Positions 43,535-51,912 of a stretch of DNA of 64,000 nucleotides are shown here, in pieces. The stretch is from NCBI GenBank assembly GCA_009885995.1, contig VFJQ01000050.1, positions 8,088 to 72,087 on the forward strand, read 5' to 3'. The notes beneath the pieces were generated by a model. That model did not search any database and was not told the DNA's origin. It saw only the letters and a program-made list of their open reading frames with translations. The DNA is from Verrucomicrobiota bacterium (lineage in GTDB: Bacteria; Verrucomicrobiota; Verrucomicrobiia; Chthoniobacterales; Chthoniobacteraceae). Each line of letters begins with the position of its first letter. Position 1 is the first letter of the stretch. A program made the translations under genes and the position numbers.

Positions 43535-46003
43535 CTACTCCTTCCCCTCCGTCACGAGCACGCAGCGGAAGCCGTAGATCACTTCACGCCCGGCGGGATC
43601 GACCACGTTGCGGTAGCTGAGCGAAAGCTCCGCCGCCTTCTCCGTCGCCCACGAACCGCCGCGCATCACGCCCCAGCGGGACGCGGGGCTGTAGGGCTCG
43701 CGGATCCACTGCCACACGTTGCCGGTCATGTCGTGAAGCCCGAGCCGGTTCGCGGCGAAGCTGCCCACGGGCGAAGTCTGCGCGAACCCGTCGTGAGTGC
43801 GTCGCGCGAGACTGTCGGCGAAATTCCCCGCGCCCGCGGGCGGCGGCCACTGCTTGCCCCACGCAAACTCGCGCACCTTCCCGTCGCGCTCCTCGGGCGT
43901 CTTGCGGCCCTCGTCGGGCAAGCCCGCGGCGGCGCTCCATTCGAGATCGCCCGGCAGGCGGTAGAGCTGGCCCTCGGCGAGCTTGCCCGCGGCGGATTCC
44001 ATCTCCGTCAGCCATTGGCAGAACTCCTTCGCGTCGTCGTAATTCACGAGCACGATCGGGTGCATCTCGTCCTGCGCGAAGTCCGGCGTCTGCGTGGGCC
44101 GCCCCTTCGCCGCGGTGAAGACCTGATAGTCGCGCACGCGCGTCAGCCACACGCTCATCAGCACGCCGTCGTCCCCCGGCAAGGGCACGAACTTCATCCC
44201 GAGCGTATTCTCCCACGGCTGCCCGCGCTGCGGGCCGGTGCGGCGCGCGAAGTTCTTGCCGAAGAACAACTGCTCGCCTGGCTTCACCACGCCATCGAGC
44301 GGCAGCGGTTCGTAGCCCGCGAGCCGCAGCTCGTAGCGCACCGGGCCAGGCTCCAGATCCTCGAGCAGCAGCGGTGTGCGGCCGATCTCCACGCCCTCGC
44401 GGAAGACGCTCGCGCCTCCCGGTGCGCTCGTGATCTTCACGCTGCCGGGCGGGAAATCGAACGCGACATCCGCGGGCTGCGCGGGATCGACCGTGACGCT
44501 CCGCCGCTGCTCCGGCCAGCGTTTGTATCGTGCCACGATCTCATGCGGCCCATCGGCCAGCGTCAGCGCGAGCGGCGCTTTGCCCGCGGGCTTTCCGTCC
44601 AGCGTGATCCCCGCGCCCGCCGGCTGACTCGCGATCGCGACGCGGCCTTCGAGAAAGACGATCTCGACCGGCGTGGTCTCATCGCGCCGGATCTCGATCG
44701 GCGCCGTCTTCTCCCGCTCCCCGAGCCGCGCGACGATCGTGTATTCGCCCGTAATCAGCCCCGACAACTCCGCGGGCAGCTTGCCGGTCTTCACCACGCC
44801 ATTCCCATTGCGCAGCTCGAACGTCGCGCCCGGCGGCTTCGAGCTGAGCTGCGCCGCGCCGTGGCTGCGTGCGAGTGCGATCGTCGGCAGCTTCAACTCG
44901 GTGTCCGCCGCGATCGTGAAGCGCCGCTCCTCCGGCTCGAACCCCGCGAGCATCACCCGCGCACTCTTCTCGCCGAGCGGCAGACCGGTGAAGCGTGCCG
45001 GACTCGGCACCATGCGGCCATCGATCACCACCATCGCGCCCGGCGGATCAGTCTCGATCACCACACCTCCGCGCGCCGCCTTCAGCCGTGCGTAGTGAAC
45101 CCCCGCCACCGTGCCGGCCGCGAGCAGCAGTAGCGCGAAGACGAGCGGCCAGCGCCGCCGCCCCAGGCGCGCGAGCGGCTTGCCGACGCGGAGGCGAGCA
45201 AGGTCTTCGTGCATCTGTTCCACGCGCGCGTAGCGCTCGGCGGGATCGCTCGCGCACGCGCGCAGGAAGACATCGTTCAGCCGCAGCAGCTCTTCCTTGT
45301 CCGGCAGCGAGTCGAGCTTCGTATTCAGCTCGGGGAAATCCATGCGGTCCTTCCCCATCGCGAGTTCGTAGAGCACCTTGCCGAGGCTGTAGATGTCGCC
45401 CTGCGCCGTGCCCGGCCCCTCCGGCGGCACATAGCCTTCGGTCCCGACGAACGACGCCTGCCCGCTCGCCGCGACGAGCCCGATGTCTGCGATCTTCGGA
45501 CGCCCGCCGACGAAGATGATGTTCGCCGGCTTGATGTCGCGATGCACGAGCCCCTCGCGATGCAGCGCCGCTAGGCTCTCGGTGAGCGAGAGCCCGAGCG
45601 CGACGACTTCCTCCGCAAGCAGCCGCGAACGCCGCGACAGCTCGGTCTTCAACGTCTTCGGCACGTAATGCGCCGGGTCGATCTGCACGCCGCCCGTGTG
45701 ATCATCGGCCAGCTCCATCACGTAGTAGAAAAACTCGTCCGCCTCGTCGCGGCCGACGTGAAGGATATCGACGAAGCCCGCGTGCTCGCGCGAGATCGGC
45801 TCGAAGCGCGCCATCCCATCGAACTCGCGTTGAAACGCCGTGCCGCTCTCGAACGTGCGCCGGTCCACGATCTTCACCGCACGCATCACACCGAGCTCGC
45901 TGCGCGCCATCCAGATTTCCCCATACGACCCGCGCCCGATGACGCGAATCATCTCGTGATTCGGCACCCGCGGTGGCTCGCGATGATTCGTGTCGGCGGA
46001 CAT
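43535..46003 (-). CDS. Ser/Thr protein kinase - TM - PEGA repeats - formylglycine-generating-enzyme (FGE/SUMF1)-like domain
   Basis: ATG at 46003 (MSADTNHREPP). Kinase motifs are GRGSYGEIW, AVKIV, HRDIKPANI, ADIGL and GTEGYVPPE. The TM segment is WPLVFALLLLAAGTVAGV. There are four PEGA-like units (ETDPPGAMVVIDG, SSKPPGATFEL, ASQPAGAGITLDGKPAG, TSAPGGASVFREG). FGE motifs are GNVWQWIREPY and RGGSW. Confidence 0.9.
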   Translation of the reverse strand: MSADTNHREPPRVPNHEMIRVIGRGSYGEIWMARSELGVMRAVKIVDRRTFESGTAFQREFDGMARFEPISREHAGFVDILHVGRDEADEFFYYVMELADDHTGGVQIDPAHYVPKTLKTELSRRSRLLAEEVVALGLSLTESLAALHREGLVHRDIKPANIIFVGGRPKIADIGLVAASGQASFVGTEGYVPPEGPGTAQGDIYSLGKVLYELAMGKDRMDFPELNTKLDSLPDKEELLRLNDVFLRACASDPAERYARVEQMHEDLARLRVGKPLARLGRRRWPLVFALLLLAAGTVAGVHYARLKAARGGVVIETDPPGAMVVIDGRMVPSPARFTGLPLGEKSARVMLAGFEPEERRFTIAADTELKLPTIALARSHGAAQLSSKPPGATFELRNGNGVVKTGKLPAELSGLITGEYTIVARLGEREKTAPIEIRRDETTPVEIVFLEGRVAIASQPAGAGITLDGKPAGKAPLALTLADGPHEIVARYKRWPEQRRSVTVDPAQPADVAFDFPPGSVKITSAPGGASVFREGVEIGRTPLLLEDLEPGPVRYELRLAGYEPLPLDGVVKPGEQLFFGKNFARRTGPQRGQPWENTLGMKFVPLPGDDGVLMSVWLTRVRDYQVFTAAKGRPTQTPDFAQDEMHPIVLVNYDDAKEFCQWLTEMESAAGKLAEGQLYRLPGDLEWSAAAGLPDEGRKTPEERDGKVREFAWGKQWPPPAGAGNFADSLARRTHDGFAQTSPVGSFAANRLGLHDMTGNVWQWIREPYSPASRWGVMRGGSWATEKAAELSLSYRNVVDPAGREVIYGFRCVLVTEGKE

Positions 46004-46102
46004 TCGGCGCCGACTGTAGCGGACCGCGGGCTTTGCACAAAGCCTGCCGTCGCCGATGATCGCAGGGTCGTGCTTCCCGCCGAAAAACCCGATTTCAAAG
46101 CC

Positions 46103-47614
46103 ATGCTCCGTGACGTGCCGCACAAGCCCGGCGTGTATCTGCATCGCGACCGCTTCCAGCGCGTGATCTACGTCGGCAAAGCGCGCGACCTCCGCAAGCG
46201 GCTCAGCCAATACTTCACGCCGTCTCGGGCGATGCGCGCCGACCTCAAGACGCAGGCGCTGCTCGACGCGATCTGGGATTTCGAGTGGCACACCGCGCCG
46301 AGCGAACCCGAGGCGCTGCTGCTCGAAGGCCGGCTCATCAAGGAATTCCGCCCGCGCTACAACATCAGCTTCCGCGACGATAAACGCTTCCTGCTCGTGA
46401 AGGTCGATCTGCGCGACGAGTGGCCGCGCTTCCGCCTCACGCGCTACAAGACCGACGACAGCGCCCGCTACTTCGGCCCGTTCGCGCACTCCGGCGCGCT
46501 GCGGCAGACGCTCACTTTCATGCGGAAAAAGTTCGGCGTGCTCACCTTCGGCCGCGGCAACCCGACCGAGCGCGAACGCAAGTCCTCGACGTATCAGGTG
46601 CCGATGAAGCTCGGCGACATCGACGCCGCGCAATACCGCGAGCGCGTCGAGCGCGCGTGCGTGTTTTTTGAAGGTCAGTCGAAGGAGCTGCTCACCGCGC
46701 TCGAGGACGAGATGAAGGCCGCCGCCACGAAGCTCGACTTCGAGCGCGCCGCCGAGCTGCGCAACATGCTCAACGACCTGCGCACCACGACGAAGCCGAT
46801 GGCCCGCTACACGCGCGAGCAAGGCCGCCGCCTGCGCACGCACAGCGCCATCGATCCCACCGCCGATCTCGCCGAACTCGCCGAAACGCTCGGCCTCGGC
46901 GCGCCGCCACGGCGGATGGAGTGCTTCGACATTTCCAACATCAGCACGACGCACATCGTCGCGAGCATGGTGTGCTTCCTCGACGGCCGGCCCGCCAACC
47001 AGCTCTACCGCCGCTACCGCATCAAGACCGTCGAAGGTCAGGACGACTTCGCAAGCATGGCGGAAGTCGTGCGGCGGCGTTACGCACGCGTGCTGCGCGA
47101 AGGCGCTGCTGCATTTGCCGATGCGGCGGAGTTTTCGCAGGAGAACTCCGGTGACGCGATGGCGCGACTCTCCGGCCAATTGCCGGACCTCATCATCGTC
47201 GATGGCGGCAAGGGCCAGCTCAGCGCAGCGTGCGCGGAGCTGCAGCGGCTCGGCTTGCACGAGCAGCCGATCATCGGCCTCGCGAAGGAGTTCGAGGAAA
47301 TATACCGCCCGGCGCGCCCGATCCCGCTGCGCCTGCCACATGACAGCGGCGCACTGAAGCTGCTCCAGCGCATCCGCGACGAAGCGCACCGCTTTGCGAA
47401 CGGCTACCACCAATTGCTGATGAAACGCCGCATCGCCGAGAGTGTGCTCGACGATTGCCCCGGCATCTCGCAGGCGCGGAGGAATCTGCTGCTCCAGCGC
47501 TTCGGCAGCGTCGCGCGCCTGCGCCGCGCGAGCGTGGAGCAGATCGCCGCGATCGAAGGCATCAGCCGCAAGCTGGCCGAGACGCTCGTGCAGTTCCTCA
47601 CGGAGAAGCGCTAG
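46103..47614 (+). CDS. uvrC: Excinuclease ABC subunit C
   Basis: GIY-YIG is PGVYLHRDRFQRVIYVGKARDLRKRLSQYF. The UVR motif is FERAAELRNMLNDL. The endonuclease domain is RMECFDISNISTTHIVASMV...DLIIVDGGKGQL. The C-terminal (HhH)2 is GISQARRNLLLQRFGSVARL...IEGISRKLAE. ATG at 46103; an in-frame GTG at 46070 is an alternative start. Confidence 0.92.
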   Translation: MLRDVPHKPGVYLHRDRFQRVIYVGKARDLRKRLSQYFTPSRAMRADLKTQALLDAIWDFEWHTAPSEPEALLLEGRLIKEFRPRYNISFRDDKRFLLVKVDLRDEWPRFRLTRYKTDDSARYFGPFAHSGALRQTLTFMRKKFGVLTFGRGNPTERERKSSTYQVPMKLGDIDAAQYRERVERACVFFEGQSKELLTALEDEMKAAATKLDFERAAELRNMLNDLRTTTKPMARYTREQGRRLRTHSAIDPTADLAELAETLGLGAPPRRMECFDISNISTTHIVASMVCFLDGRPANQLYRRYRIKTVEGQDDFASMAEVVRRRYARVLREGAAAFADAAEFSQENSGDAMARLSGQLPDLIIVDGGKGQLSAACAELQRLGLHEQPIIGLAKEFEEIYRPARPIPLRLPHDSGALKLLQRIRDEAHRFANGYHQLLMKRRIAESVLDDCPGISQARRNLLLQRFGSVARLRRASVEQIAAIEGISRKLAETLVQFLTEKR

Positions 47615-49080
47615 GCGCTCGCAGCGAGAGCAGGCGCCGCTTTCGGCACGGGCGCGGACGGTTTCCGCCCGATGACGACGGTCGAGAGACCGCTCGTCGG
47701 GAGCACTTTGTCGAGCACGCGGAAGATCGGCGTGAGGGCGTTATAGACCTTGAGTTGCCACGGTTTGAGCACGCCCTGACCGCCGAGCGTGTTCGCCACA
47801 TACCACGCGAAGACGCCGACTTTGTTGAAGTAGAACTGCTCGGCTACCTCGAGGCCGGCGTCGCGCATCTTGCCTTCGAGTTCGCCGCGCGAGTAGCGGC
47901 GGAAGTGGCCGAGCGCTTTGTCGAACTCGCTGTAGAGCGCCATGTTGTAAGGCACGAGCACGATGATGCGGCAGCCTTCCGGCACCGTGCGGCAGAGGTT
48001 CGCGAGCACGGCGCGATCGTCTTCGATGTGCTCGAGCACGTTGAGGAAGACGACGCTTTCCGGCGCGAAGCGGCGGAGTTGCTCGAAGTCGGTGCCGGCG
48101 GTCATGTCGAGCTTGCCGATCTCAAGGTGCGGATGGTGGTTCCATTTCGCGCGCAGCTCCTCGAGGTAGTCCGTGCGGTAATCGGTGAGCAGGACGTGCT
48201 GATGCTCCTTGATAAAGCGGCTGATATTTCCGCGACCAACGCCGAGCTCCGCGACGCGCGCGCCGATCCACGGCTTCACGCTTTCATACATCCACTTGTT
48301 GAACTTCGGCGCGCACTCGAGCGCATCGAGCGTGACCTTGCCGGGGTCGCTGTAGTTCGAGCTGAAGCGATACTTGAAAATGAACCACAGCGCGGCGAGG
48401 CCGTCCTTCCACGTAATCTTCTTGCCCTCGTCGTAGCTGCGGCCGTCGTAGTTGATCGGCACCTCGAACATGCGCAGCCGGTTGCGCGCGACCTTCGCGG
48501 TGATCTCGGGCTCGATGCCGAAGCGGTTGCTTTCGAGCGGGATCGCGCGCAGGCAGTCGGCGCGGAAGGCCTTGTAGCAGGTCTCCATGTCGGTCCAGTT
48601 CGTGTCGTTGAGCATGTTGCTCAGCAGCGTGAGAAATTGGTTCGCGAGCGTGTGCCAGAAGAAGAGGACCTTGCGGATGTCGCCGGCGAAGCGGCTACCG
48701 AAGACGACGTCGGCGCGTCCGTCGATGATCGGCGCGAGCAGGCGCGGGTAGTCGTTCGGGTCGTATTCGAGATCGGCGTCCTGGAAGATCGCGAGGTCGC
48801 CGGTGGATTCCTTGATCGCGCGGCGCAGCGCGGCGCCTTTGCCTTGGTTGGGGTTTTGCTGGAAGACGCGGACGATGCCCTCGTTCTCTTGCTCGAGCTG
48901 CTGCATCACCTCCCAAGTGCGATCGCGCGAGCCGTCATCGACGATGACCACCTCGCGAGAGAGGCCCGCGGGGAGCGGAGCGGCGAGCACGCCGTCGAGG
49001 CAGTGACGCAGGCTCGCCTCTTCGTTGTAGGCGGCGATCAGGATGCTGAGTTTGGTGAATGCGGGTTTGGCCAACGGCAT
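47611..49080 (-). CDS. Family-2 glycosyltransferase (DPM1/ArnC-like polyprenyl-phosphate glycosyltransferase) fused to a class I SAM methyltransferase domain
   Basis: The GT2 half is LSILIAAYNEE, VIVDDGSRDRT, NQGKGAAL, the DxD in FQDADLEYDP, and FGSRF. The C-terminal half has the SAM motif VAELGVGRGN and VVFLNVLEHIEDD. Confidence 0.88.
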   Translation of the reverse strand: MPLAKPAFTKLSILIAAYNEEASLRHCLDGVLAAPLPAGLSREVVIVDDGSRDRTWEVMQQLEQENEGIVRVFQQNPNQGKGAALRRAIKESTGDLAIFQDADLEYDPNDYPRLLAPIIDGRADVVFGSRFAGDIRKVLFFWHTLANQFLTLLSNMLNDTNWTDMETCYKAFRADCLRAIPLESNRFGIEPEITAKVARNRLRMFEVPINYDGRSYDEGKKITWKDGLAALWFIFKYRFSSNYSDPGKVTLDALECAPKFNKWMYESVKPWIGARVAELGVGRGNISRFIKEHQHVLLTDYRTDYLEELRAKWNHHPHLEIGKLDMTAGTDFEQLRRFAPESVVFLNVLEHIEDDRAVLANLCRTVPEGCRIIVLVPYNMALYSEFDKALGHFRRYSRGELEGKMRDAGLEVAEQFYFNKVGVFAWYVANTLGGQGVLKPWQLKVYNALTPIFRVLDKVLPTSGLSTVVIGRKPSAPVPKAAPALAASA

Positions 49081-49119
49081 GGCAGTCGAAAATTGGCTGA
49101 GGTCAGCGGCGGGCGCGAA

Positions 49120-50769
49120 TCAATTTGCAGAAGCGCGGACGAGGTAGAGCCGCGCGGGCTTCGAGCTGGGAGTGCCCGCGCGGACGATGGGCGAGGAGGA
49201 CGCCGGCCAGAAAAGTTCGGTGCGGCTTTCGCAGAGGTGGATGAGCTGGTCGTGGTGCGGGCCGCGTTTGTCCTCGGGCATCGATTCATCGACGACGACG
49301 GAGCCGATGCGCGCCTTTTGCATCCACACGATGAGTTCGTCGTCGTTCTTGAATTTCGTCCGCGTGCCGCGACCGGCCCAGTCCATCGCGGCGACCTCCT
49401 TGCTGGCGCGCATGACGGTGGCACCGGGGCGCTGGTCGCGCATGGCGAGCTCGCTGATGAACATGCCCTCGCCGGTGGCGTCCGAGCAGATGAGCACGGG
49501 GCGGGTCTTGGTGCCGGGATCGTTGAGCGCGGCTTCGGCCATCGGCGCGAAACCGGACCAGCGCTTCGGGTCCGGCGGCGCGGCGCGGTGTGCGAGCGCG
49601 ACGCCCGCGGCGAGCACGAGGGTGCAACAGGCGAGCGCGAGAGGGGTGCGTTCGCCCTCGGGCAGACCGCGGCTGTGGCGGACGGCGTCGCGCAGCGCGT
49701 CGAGGCCGGCCATGGCGAACATGAGCGCGGCGGGGAGGGCGGAGATCACGTGGCGCGCTTCGAAGCCGACCGGCATGGCGATCTGGAAAGCGAGGACCGC
49801 GACGACGAGCGCAGCGGCCGATGCCCAGTGCCCGGGACGCGAACCGGGCCGGAGTATTTTTACGAGCACGCCGATGCAGAGGAGCGCGAGCAGGATCACG
49901 CCGATCGCGAGGCTGAGTTTGCCGAGGTAGTAGGGCGCGGCTTCGCGGGAGAAATTCCACGAAGGGCTGGTTTCGATCCAGCCGCCTTTGTCGCGACCCG
50001 CATTGCGGAAGATCCATGTCCACGGTCCTGCGATGACTGCGGTGAGTGCGGCGCCGCCCCACATGGCGGGGCGCGCGAGGAGGCGCCAACGGCCGGCGAG
50101 GACGAGGGCGAGCGGGGCCATGAGGGCGAGGGCGAGGCCGGTGCCCTTGGTCATGATCGCGCAGCCGGCGAGCACGCCGAAGAGCAGGGCATCGCGGGCG
50201 CGTTCATCATCGAGGAAGCGGCCCCACGCGAGCGCGGCGCCGAACATGAAGACGGCGGTGAGCACCTCGGCCATGACCATGCTGTAGTGCTCGACGATGA
50301 GCGGGAGGCTGACGAGCGCGAGGGCACCGATCGCTGCGAGCCAGCCGCCGACTTCCGCTCGCAGAGCGGTGAAAAGCTGGGTGGCGAGCGCTGCGGCGAG
50401 GGCGGCCATGAGGAGGATGATGGAGAGCCGGCCGGCGTGAAAGGCGAACGTCCACGCCGATTGCACGAGGTAGAATGCCGGCGGCCAGACGCCGAGGGCG
50501 ACCTTCGGGTAATGGGCGTAGAAGCCGGCGGGATCTTTTTGATCGATGTGCGTCTTGAGCGGCTGAAGCGAGCGCTCGCGGATGCAGCGCGGGATGGCGC
50601 CGAGTGCATCATGCACGAAGAGGCCGGTGACGTAGTGAGCGGCTTCGTCGGGGTGGCCGCCGAACTCGCTCGCGTGCGCGCCGGTCTGGCGCTGCCACAT
50701 CCACGCGAGGTCGAAGGCGAGCACGAAGACGATGGCGGCGACGAAGAACGAGCGGGGCCGGGAATGCAT
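49120..50769 (-). CDS. GT-C fold membrane glycosyltransferase (ArnT / PMT_2-like)
   Basis: ATG at 50769 (MHSRPRSFFVAAIVFVLAF). The first-loop acidic motif is HPDEAAHYVTGLF. There are about 10 predicted TM segments and a soluble C-terminal domain. The upstream part of ORF 49120..51780 is out of frame with the EEP gene and is discarded. Confidence 0.82.
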   Translation of the reverse strand: MHSRPRSFFVAAIVFVLAFDLAWMWQRQTGAHASEFGGHPDEAAHYVTGLFVHDALGAIPRCIRERSLQPLKTHIDQKDPAGFYAHYPKVALGVWPPAFYLVQSAWTFAFHAGRLSIILLMAALAAALATQLFTALRAEVGGWLAAIGALALVSLPLIVEHYSMVMAEVLTAVFMFGAALAWGRFLDDERARDALLFGVLAGCAIMTKGTGLALALMAPLALVLAGRWRLLARPAMWGGAALTAVIAGPWTWIFRNAGRDKGGWIETSPSWNFSREAAPYYLGKLSLAIGVILLALLCIGVLVKILRPGSRPGHWASAAALVVAVLAFQIAMPVGFEARHVISALPAALMFAMAGLDALRDAVRHSRGLPEGERTPLALACCTLVLAAGVALAHRAAPPDPKRWSGFAPMAEAALNDPGTKTRPVLICSDATGEGMFISELAMRDQRPGATVMRASKEVAAMDWAGRGTRTKFKNDDELIVWMQKARIGSVVVDESMPEDKRGPHHDQLIHLCESRTELFWPASSSPIVRAGTPSSKPARLYLVRASAN

Positions 50770-51860
50770 CAGGTCTTGGGAATGAATCGGGCGACGACGG
50801 CGCAATGCTGCGAGCGGCGGCCGGGCTCGGGCGCGCAGGAGATGGGCTCCCAGCCGCGGCCGGCGAAGGCCTGGTCGATGCGCAGCCATGGGCCGCGCAG
50901 GCTGAAAGGATTGCTCGTGGGGCCGGGAAAGGTGAAGCCCCAGCCGCGGCCGCTGCGCAGGTGCGCGTCGGTGAGATGGCGGGCGATGGTGTGATAGATG
51001 ACGCCGTGGTCGGGGGTGTTGAAGTCGCCACAGACGAGGAAGGGGAGCGGTTCGCGAGCGAAGACGCCGGCGAGTTCGTTGGCGAGCTTGAGCCGCGCGC
51101 GGGTCCACTCGCCGTAGGTGCTGGGGCGGCGCGTGCTGTCTTCCTCGACGAGCAGGTCGGCGAGCGCGCGGCCGCTGAGGAAGCGGTTGAGCTGCTGGCG
51201 GGGCGTGGGCAGGTGGACGTTGTAGATGATGAGCGTCCGGTCGTGGCAGAGCAGCTCGAAGCGGGCGGCGATCGGGCGGCCAAACCATTTCGCTTGATCG
51301 ACGGGATCGGAATGAAGAATCGGGAAGCGGCTGATGAGGACGAATTCGCTGCGGCTGACGACGTGGTGGGCGGGGTATTTCTTCGCGAATTCGGTGCCAC
51401 GACCCCGGGCGTCCTGCAATGCGATGACGTCTGGGTTTTCCGCCGCCACGAAGCTGTGGAACTGCGGGCGGCTGCCCTGACCGACGTTGTGCGTGATGAG
51501 CCGGATTTCCCCGTCGCGCGCGGGCTGCGGCGGGGTCCAGCGGAAGCCCATGAATCCGAACACCACGAGCGCGATCGCTGCGGCTTGGAGGATGATGAGC
51601 CGAGGCCGAGCGAGCAGGCAATAAGGAGCGAGGATCAGCAGCGGGAGGAGCAGCACCAAGGGCGGCGCAAATAGGAGCGCGCCCGTGAGGGCGAAGTGCT
51701 CGCCGCGCCATTCCAACCACACGAGTAGCAGTGCGAGTGCTCCGACGTAGGTCCACGTGAGCCAGCCAGCGGCGAGGCAAAGCAGGGGATGAAGATTTTG
51801 CCGAAGAGCGGCGACCAGGGCCGAAGTGGAGACGGTCGGACTGGAGGCGGGGTCGGTCAT
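50769..51860 (-). CDS. Membrane-anchored endonuclease/exonuclease/phosphatase (EEP) family protein
   Basis: ATG at 51860 (MTDPASSPTV). Three to four N-terminal TM segments are followed by the EEP motifs IRLITHNVG, PDVIALQD, IYNVHL, LVCGDFNT and RIDQAF. The stop overlaps the GT-C start by 1 nt (TGATG). Confidence 0.82.
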   Translation of the reverse strand: MTDPASSPTVSTSALVAALRQNLHPLLCLAAGWLTWTYVGALALLLVWLEWRGEHFALTGALLFAPPLVLLLPLLILAPYCLLARPRLIILQAAAIALVVFGFMGFRWTPPQPARDGEIRLITHNVGQGSRPQFHSFVAAENPDVIALQDARGRGTEFAKKYPAHHVVSRSEFVLISRFPILHSDPVDQAKWFGRPIAARFELLCHDRTLIIYNVHLPTPRQQLNRFLSGRALADLLVEEDSTRRPSTYGEWTRARLKLANELAGVFAREPLPFLVCGDFNTPDHGVIYHTIARHLTDAHLRSGRGWGFTFPGPTSNPFSLRGPWLRIDQAFAGRGWEPISCAPEPGRRSQHCAVVARFIPKT

Positions 51861-51912
51861 CGGCGGTTTCTTCGTCGCAAAATGCGCGCGCGAAGCAAGA
51901 GCCGATCGCGCG

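Noticed and set aside
46004-47413. N-terminal 470-codon extension of ORF 43535..47413, which would make the kinase 1292 aa.
   Set aside because: The extension is antisense to uvrC, which has unmistakable GIY-YIG, UVR and HhH motifs, and it has no kinase-related sequence. The kinase domain begins right after the ATG at 46003.
47455-50994. 1179-aa plus-strand ORF, the second-longest ORF in the track.
   Set aside because: It lies entirely antisense to the GT2-MTase and GT-C genes, both of which have clear family motifs. Its product is low-complexity and Arg/Ala/Gly/Glu/Asp-rich (…RRRRHQPQAGRDARAVPHGE…) with no recognisable motif. This is a typical shadow ORF of a high-GC genome.
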